This document shows, in pieces, positions 58,912 to 64,000 of a stretch of 64,000 nucleotides of DNA. The DNA lies in the IMG/VR virus record IMGVR_UViG_3300016472_001095, one strand, 5' to 3'. The stretch's first letter is position 1. Every line of letters begins with the position of its first letter. The notes under the pieces are model-generated. The model was not told where the DNA came from and searched no databases. It was given only the letters and a program-made list of their open reading frames with translations. The position numbers and the translations under genes are program-made. Origin of the DNA: an uncultured virus (IMG/VR IMGVR_UViG_3300016472_001095). Its lineage: Duplodnaviria > Heunggongvirae > Uroviricota > Caudoviricetes.

Positions 58912-60117
58912 TTATGGGAAGAAGTAGCTATTACCATTAGTAAATGTGCCAGAATAAACAGGCCCATTAGGATTAAATTTAAATGCAAAGCTTGTTCCTT
59001 CTCTTATAGCTGGATAGGTAACCACACAAACCTGGTCTCCTGCGCTAAATCCATACTGATTACTGCTAGTATATATATACAGAGCATTAGGGAGATTATA
59101 ATCTTCAACATTGCCGTTATAATAGAATCTTACATCTATATACCCAATTATATATAAGCATGTACCGAGATTATGAACACAGTCAAATGTTCCGACTGCT
59201 GTATTAGGAGGGACGGGATATGTTGTCAAGCCTGCTAATTCGTGATCCCATATAAATGGCGACACTGTGGGAGTATTAGTATTTGTAGGTGTAGGTGTAG
59301 GAGATCTGGTGGGCGACGGAGTAACCGGCGTTTGTGTAGGTGTTCTAGTCATTGTAGGTGACTGAGTAGGTGTAGGAGTAATTCTAAATGTACTAGTAAC
59401 AGACGGAGTAGGAGTAGATGTTACAGATGGAGTTGGAGTAGGCGGAGGAGTACGAGTTACCGTTGCTGAAGGAGTGGGCGTAGGAGCGGTCGTACCAGAA
59501 ACTGTGATTGATGGTGTTATTGTTGGTGTTATTGAAGACGTAGGAGTAACTGTAGGAGCGGGGGTTCTTGAAGGAGTAATTGAAGGTGTTTGTGTAGGTG
59601 TTCTAGACGGGGTTGGTGTAACGGTCGGAGTAGATGAAGGAGTTGTAGTATTTGTAGGAGACTGTGTAGGCGTTTTAGTAGGTGAAGGAGAATGAGTTGG
59701 CGTAGAAGTGCACGTTGGTGAATGTGTAGGCGTTGTTGTTGGTGATAGTGTTGGAGTTGGGGTTAATGTGTTAGAAGCTGAAGGCGTCAATGGGAAAGGC
59801 GTGGTTGTAGGAGTTAGCGTATTTGTAGGTGTTGTTGTTGGTGATAGTGTTGGGGTAGAAGTATTAGTCGGGGTATTAGATGGAGTTACAGTATTAGTGG
59901 GAGAGATTGAAGGTGTTATAGTACTGGTAGGTGTTACAGAAGGCGATATAGAGACTGTTGGAGTAGGAGTTTTTGTAGGAGTAACTGTAGGTGTTAATGT
60001 GGGGGTATTTGATGCAGTTGGCGTAGGGGAAGGCAGCAGAGGCGTTACAGGAATAGCTCCAAAACTCCTTTTAATAACAAGTTTTTCTCCCTTTCTTACA
60101 GTAAAGTTATAGGCCAT
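58912..60117 (-). CDS. Thr/Pro-repeat protein with small C-terminal beta domain
   Basis: About 260-aa TPT tract; TAAATA-N6-ATG. Confidence 0.8.
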   Translation of the reverse strand: MAYNFTVRKGEKLVIKRSFGAIPVTPLLPSPTPTASNTPTLTPTVTPTKTPTPTVSISPSVTPTSTITPSISPTNTVTPSNTPTNTSTPTLSPTTTPTNTLTPTTTPFPLTPSASNTLTPTPTLSPTTTPTHSPTCTSTPTHSPSPTKTPTQSPTNTTTPSSTPTVTPTPSRTPTQTPSITPSRTPAPTVTPTSSITPTITPSITVSGTTAPTPTPSATVTRTPPPTPTPSVTSTPTPSVTSTFRITPTPTQSPTMTRTPTQTPVTPSPTRSPTPTPTNTNTPTVSPFIWDHELAGLTTYPVPPNTAVGTFDCVHNLGTCLYIIGYIDVRFYYNGNVEDYNLPNALYIYTSSNQYGFSAGDQVCVVTYPAIREGTSFAFKFNPNGPVYSGTFTNGNSYFFP

Positions 60118-60206
60118 CTAATTTATTTATGCATGGTTTTAATATTAATACTACATGTCTACAACTAAATACCAAGCATTGTGAGAAATAAGAATAAGTA
60201 TTAATA

Positions 60207-60425
60207 ATGAATATAGATATTTTATCTGCTAAACAGAAAGAAGTGTATAATTTATTAAAAGATCGTTTTGAAAGTGAAAATCAATTTCAACTGTGGCTTT
60301 CTATGCCTAACAAACTTTTTAGAAATAAAACACCTATTGATACTCTACTTTCAAATAGTTTTGAATATTTTGACAGATATTTTGGCGACTTAAAAAATGA
60401 ATACTATCACAAAACAGAAGTATAA
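60207..60425 (+). CDS. Stand-alone Xre/MbcA/ParS C-terminal antitoxin-like domain
   Basis: F.S.....WLSMPNKLFRNKTPIDTL. Confidence 0.65.
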   Translation: MNIDILSAKQKEVYNLLKDRFESENQFQLWLSMPNKLFRNKTPIDTLLSNSFEYFDRYFGDLKNEYYHKTEV

Positions 60426-61503
60426 TACTATATTTGGTTTTGATACTTCACATAAAGTATCAGCTAGAGCTATAGATATAATATATTGGATAATTATGGG
60501 AGCAGCTTATGCTTTTGCTTACCATGCTTTAGATCTAGTATTACATTCTTGGAATTGGTTTCTCGTAGCTATGACAGCTCTAGGAGTAGTAGGCCTTCCA
60601 TACTGTGTAAAGATTATTTTATTTGGAAGAGATGAATTTCCTAAAAAAGCAGCCATCTTGTGTATGTTTCTAAGTCTTCTACCTGCAATTTTTGATTTCA
60701 CAGGGCTATATGCTGAAACAGGATTACAAGATAGCTTAAAGCTAAGTAAAGTACAGATTTTAGAACAAATTAATAATTTTGAAGCTGCTAGTAAAAAAGC
60801 AGCACAAGTGCAGGAAGATCAAATAAAAGAAAATGAAAGAGTGAGGCTTGCTGAAATTGAAGCTTCTCACTCTAGAAAATTAGAAGATATAAATAGACAG
60901 ATTAATGAGGCCAATCAAAAAGTTATTGATGAAAAAACTGGAGTAAAGGCTGATTTTTCTACAGGAAAAGTAGGTGAAGGGCCTAGAGCTAAAGAACTTC
61001 AAGCAGCAGTAAGAAGGTTGCAAAGTGAAGCAGAAATAGAAAAAGATTCATCTCGTGAAAAAATTTTAAGAGAAGAAAATCTTGCTCGACAGCAAACTAA
61101 AGATGAGGTAAAGAAGCTTCAAGTTGCCAATAAATTAATAGAAGAAAAGTTTTCTGATATTAAAAAAGAGGTTAACAAAGCTCATAATTTCGGAGAATTA
61201 GAGCTAGCTAATATCCAGGTTAACGGGCTAATTTCATCCGTTGCTTCTAAAGTAAATGTTGAATTTAAAGCTACTGAAATTTCAGGATCTGATAATATTA
61301 TACGCCTTGCATTTGAAGGACTTTTAAAATTAGAAGTAACTGCAGTTGTATGCCTTTTGCTTGCACTTTTGATGGAAATAGGTGATATAGTTATTGTATA
61401 TACAATAAGACATAAGAGAGAAGTTAAGGTTGATAAAAAAATAGAAGAAGTTGCACTTCCAGTAAGAGTAGCTATGTTTAAGAAAACATATGAAGGTTAT
61501 TAG
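60397..61503 (+). CDS. Multi-TM coiled-coil membrane protein (DUF4407-like)
   Basis: 3 N-terminal TMs, long coiled coil with GKVGEGPRAKE, C-terminal TM. Confidence 0.7.
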   Translation: MNTITKQKYNTIFGFDTSHKVSARAIDIIYWIIMGAAYAFAYHALDLVLHSWNWFLVAMTALGVVGLPYCVKIILFGRDEFPKKAAILCMFLSLLPAIFDFTGLYAETGLQDSLKLSKVQILEQINNFEAASKKAAQVQEDQIKENERVRLAEIEASHSRKLEDINRQINEANQKVIDEKTGVKADFSTGKVGEGPRAKELQAAVRRLQSEAEIEKDSSREKILREENLARQQTKDEVKKLQVANKLIEEKFSDIKKEVNKAHNFGELELANIQVNGLISSVASKVNVEFKATEISGSDNIIRLAFEGLLKLEVTAVVCLLLALLMEIGDIVIVYTIRHKREVKVDKKIEEVALPVRVAMFKKTYEGY

Positions 61504-61744
61504 AAAATTTTTGATGTGTTCATGCACATCTGAATCTATAGTTTTAGAGAAGTTTGATGGTGAAGACGAAATATATTTATCTATCTTTGGACGCGGATTA
61601 AATTTAAAGAGATATAATATTTTAGACAGATTTAGACATGTTTGGCAGATTATTAAGACCGGGTTTCCTTATACCGATGAAATTGTTTTAACTAAAAGAG
61701 ATGCTAAAACTCTTGCAAAAGAAATTAATAATTTATGCAAATAA
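61490..61744 (+). CDS. Hypothetical protein
   Basis: 84-aa ORF with CSC..E motif. Confidence 0.6.
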   Translation: MKVIRKFLMCSCTSESIVLEKFDGEDEIYLSIFGRGLNLKRYNILDRFRHVWQIIKTGFPYTDEIVLTKRDAKTLAKEINNLCK

Positions 61745-61947
61745 AGATTCTAAATAGAGGCCATCTATTAATAGCCTTTACTACCCCGGATTTTTTAATA
61801 ATAAGAAAAGACGAAAATGGAGATATTGAAATTGGTCCTTATTTATCTAATGCTGATTCAGGTATTTTTTATAGTAAATACGATTTTGGAAATATGCTCA
61901 AAATAAAGGTTTTAGGTTTTGGAATAGATATTTGGTGGATAGTTTAG
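61735..61947 (+). CDS. Hypothetical protein
   Basis: 70-aa ORF. Confidence 0.5.
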   Translation: MQIKILNRGHLLIAFTTPDFLIIRKDENGDIEIGPYLSNADSGIFYSKYDFGNMLKIKVLGFGIDIWWIV

Positions 61948-62165
61948 ATAGGTACAACCATAGTGTAAGGAGAGACAGTATATCCTTGAGGTATCTGAGA
62001 CCAAACATCCTTATCATTAACTTTTAATTTTCTATCTCCACCTATTACAGCAGAGCAGTTAGTACACCTAATTAACCTTAAATTTTTATAGATATTATCT
62101 AAACCAGGTATTCTAAATTTCTGACCATAATCTAAAAAGTTAAGAGGTACTTCTTTATTTTCCAT
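61944..62165 (-). CDS. Hypothetical protein
   Basis: 73-aa ORF downstream of TTGTAT-N16-TATAAT. Confidence 0.6.
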   Translation of the reverse strand: MENKEVPLNFLDYGQKFRIPGLDNIYKNLRLIRCTNCSAVIGGDRKLKVNDKDVWSQIPQGYTVSPYTMVVPI

Positions 62166-62171
62166 TCCTAT

Positions 62172-62229
62172 ATTATATAGGTTATAAAATAAAATACAAG
62201 CTTGACTTTATTTAATTTTATTCTAAAAT
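62172..62229. promoter_or_regulatory. Back-to-back sigma70-like promoters, both with 16-nt spacers
   Basis: Minus TTGTAT(62199)-N16-TATAAT; plus TTGACT(62202)-N16-TAAAAT. Confidence 0.7.
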
Positions 62230-62234
62230 AAATT

Positions 62235-62552
62235 ATGACTCTTTGCGAGCTAGCAAAAGAAATAGAATTAGCCGCAAAAAATAGCGGAGTAGAAATCTTT
62301 ATTGACGATACAACTCTTAATCATAACTTTATACCTATTGTAAATGAGCAAGGAATAGTAGGGGCTATAGGTCAATATTTAGAAGACAAAAAAATTAAGA
62401 CAGGATATTTTATATTAAACCATAATATAGTTAGATATGGATTGAGCGAAGGGTTTTCTAAGGATGAATTATTCGACAGCTTTAAAGATAAAATCTTTAC
62501 TGAAACAGGCAAAGAAAAGTTTTTTTCTATTATGACTGAAAAAAAATATTGA
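62235..62552 (+). CDS. Hypothetical early protein
   Basis: 105-aa ORF with its own promoter. Confidence 0.6.
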   Translation: MTLCELAKEIELAAKNSGVEIFIDDTTLNHNFIPIVNEQGIVGAIGQYLEDKKIKTGYFILNHNIVRYGLSEGFSKDELFDSFKDKIFTETGKEKFFSIMTEKKY

Positions 62553-62581
62553 TTTAAAACCTTTTATAGTTATAATAAGTT

Positions 62582-62776
62582 ATGTCTAAAATAAACCCTA
62601 CAAAATTACAAAAATTAATTAATAAAGGTAGATTAGTTCCTATTTTGTCTGTGAATAAGGAAGGAAAAAATGTTCTTTTAGGATATCGCCGTAAAACTTT
62701 GAGAAGCTCTAAGGCACATGAGCAATATATGTTTGCTGAGCCTATGTTATTAGAAAAACCAGTTGATCCTTCTTAA
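62582..62776 (+). CDS. Small basic hypothetical protein
   Basis: TTGATT-N16-TATAAT-N5-ATG. Confidence 0.6.
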   Translation: MSKINPTKLQKLINKGRLVPILSVNKEGKNVLLGYRRKTLRSSKAHEQYMFAEPMLLEKPVDPS

Positions 62777-62820
62777 TTATACTTTATTATTATTATTAAA
62801 TGAAGGGAGGTAAGAATATA

Positions 62821-63024
62821 ATGAGTGATATCAATTACAATAGCCGCGATCTCCGTCCGAAGACGTTCTTCGTCAAGATCGAACGCAGCCGTAATGGCCA
62901 GTTCACAGTTAAGCGCGCCAAGTTGCTCGAGCAGTCTAATCAGTTTGCTCGTTCCATCCGTCGCGTGGACGCTCGTGATCTAACCCGTGCAATTAACCGC
63001 ACTGGTGGTCTTAACGTTGCCTAA
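62821..63024 (+). CDS. 67-aa Arg-rich protein, probably highly expressed
   Basis: GGGAGG SD, GC-rich codons, own promoter and terminator; start at MSDINY. Confidence 0.75.
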   Translation: MSDINYNSRDLRPKTFFVKIERSRNGQFTVKRAKLLEQSNQFARSIRRVDARDLTRAINRTGGLNVA

Positions 63025-63040
63025 TTTTAACGTTGAAATT

Positions 63041-63079
63041 AGAGCGCCGTTACTCTTTGAGTGCGGCGTTCTTTTTTTT
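63041..63079 (+). terminator. Intrinsic terminator
   Basis: AGAGCGCCGTTACTC/GAGTGCGGCGTTCT stem plus T8. Confidence 0.88.
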
Positions 63080-63129
63080 GTTCAAGAGAATTTACTTGTA
63101 CTGTCTAAATTATCAACTATAATATTTAA

Positions 63130-63429
63130 ATGCTTAACAAAGATGAAATAAATGCCAGGCTTAAAAAAAGTTTACAAGGCAAAACACCTAAGCTAAAATG
63201 CCTAGTTACTGGATTAGAGCGGCTTACGAGCTCAGATTATTTAAAAACTAAAGAAGAAAAATTTGGATCTATTAAAAATTATCTAGATAACTATATTAGT
63301 AGAGAAGCAGTGAAGCTTCTTAAAGAAAAAAGATCGGTTATTGATATTAAAAATGAATTAAACCCTAATGGAGATTTTATACCTTGTGAATCAGCCATTA
63401 ATGAGGCAAAAAAATATTATGAAATATAA
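63130..63429 (+). CDS. Hypothetical protein
   Basis: 99-aa ORF downstream of TTGTAC-N16-TATAAT. Confidence 0.6.
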   Translation: MLNKDEINARLKKSLQGKTPKLKCLVTGLERLTSSDYLKTKEEKFGSIKNYLDNYISREAVKLLKEKRSVIDIKNELNPNGDFIPCESAINEAKKYYEI

Positions 63430-63637
63430 AGAACCCCCCTTTCCTATCGGTTTAAAAAAACCTAAGATAGATTTACCTCCAGAAAAACTTCGTAATCGTT
63501 TTGGCCGCATGGTTTATGGTCATAAGACCGCAGGGGCTATTGAAGTAATGACTAAAGAGTGTTGGGACAGTAATAAGAAATATTTTGTTCCAAATGGAGC
63601 AAGAAGCTGTGTAAAGAATTTTTCAAAAGTTACTTGA
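63419..63637 (+). CDS. Hypothetical protein; start moved to MKYKEP
   Basis: A short overlap with the previous gene is more plausible than the track start. Confidence 0.5.
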   Translation: MKYKEPPFPIGLKKPKIDLPPEKLRNRFGRMVYGHKTAGAIEVMTKECWDSNKKYFVPNGARSCVKNFSKVT

Positions 63638-63667
63638 CCTGTATTTAAATTTCATTTATATTAAATT

Positions 63668-63928
63668 ATGGAAAAAATATATTATTGTTCAGTATCAGGT
63701 GAACCTCTTCCAGGTTCTAGAGTAGAAGCACTTAAAATGTTAGGTATTCCTGAAAATATGTGGACTGCTGTTAAACATAGTAAGATTAGACGTAATAAAG
63801 GCATATATTTTGGCGAACAAGGTTCGGGTAAATTAATTATCGCTTCTAAAATTTATTCAGATAATATCTCAAACCTGGATGAAGCGCTTACGGAGCAAGA
63901 AAAGCGTGACAAAACGTTGGCGAGTTAA
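63668..63928 (+). CDS. Degenerate DksA/TraR C4-finger-like protein
   Basis: YYCSVSGEPLPGSRVEAL..WTAVKHS. Confidence 0.55.
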   Translation: MEKIYYCSVSGEPLPGSRVEALKMLGIPENMWTAVKHSKIRRNKGIYFGEQGSGKLIIASKIYSDNISNLDEALTEQEKRDKTLAS

Positions 63929-64000
63929 AACAGGCACTATAGATATTGTTGGCGTAGAAGCTGACAACCCTATGGAAGCTGCAACAAAAGTTTTTGATCA
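63906..64000 (+). CDS. Hypothetical protein, 3' truncated
   Basis: GTG start; frame open to the window end (MTKRWRVKTG...EADNPMEAATK). Confidence 0.45.
   Translation, partial: MTKRWRVKTGTIDIVGVEADNPMEAATKVFD

Larger units (their letters stand above)
1..64000. mobile_element. Fragment of a large lytic tailed phage genome (T4-like features)
   Basis: Tail fibres with S74 chaperone, endolysin/holin, tRNAs, tmRNA, Hsp20, TAAATA late-type promoters, dense small ORFs, no bacterial core genes. Confidence 0.93.

Noticed and set aside
1..64000. Stop-codon reassignment as in some large phages
   Set aside because: Standard-code ORFs tile the window and end at plausible C-termini with TAA, TGA and TAG

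Overview
AT-rich, gene-dense fragment of a large tailed dsDNA phage with T4-like features, using the standard genetic code. No bacterial core genes, integrase or CRISPR array were seen. Contents in order: virion/tail proteins, including a mucin-like Thr/Pro protein spanning an N gap (1-16.9 kb); tmRNA, tRNA-fMet, tRNA-Thr, tRNA-Glu and Hsp20 (16.9-19.4 kb); ORFs with T4-type capsid-targeting-like leaders (20-24.7 kb); a host-type surface cassette of three PEP-CTERM proteins, a pseudopilin and a GH13 alpha-amylase behind a four-hairpin leader with a terminator, followed by TA[A/S]G-motif proteins and a Cys-His-Asp protease candidate (24.8-32 kb); Gly-rich paralogues interleaved with lysis genes (32-37 kb); nucleotide-metabolism and small genes; an 11-kb modification-enzyme cluster (40.8-51.9 kb); more tail and Thr/Pro proteins (53-60 kb); early-type small genes (60-64 kb). 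Two promoter classes are visible: TAA[A/G]TA-N5-start and TTGnnn-N16-TAnnnT, both implying leaderless mRNAs. The PEP-CTERM/pseudopilin/amylase cassette suggests a Verrucomicrobia/PVC host (inference) and is the best candidate for an undescribed system. All protein calls come from motif recognition by eye; no database searches were run.
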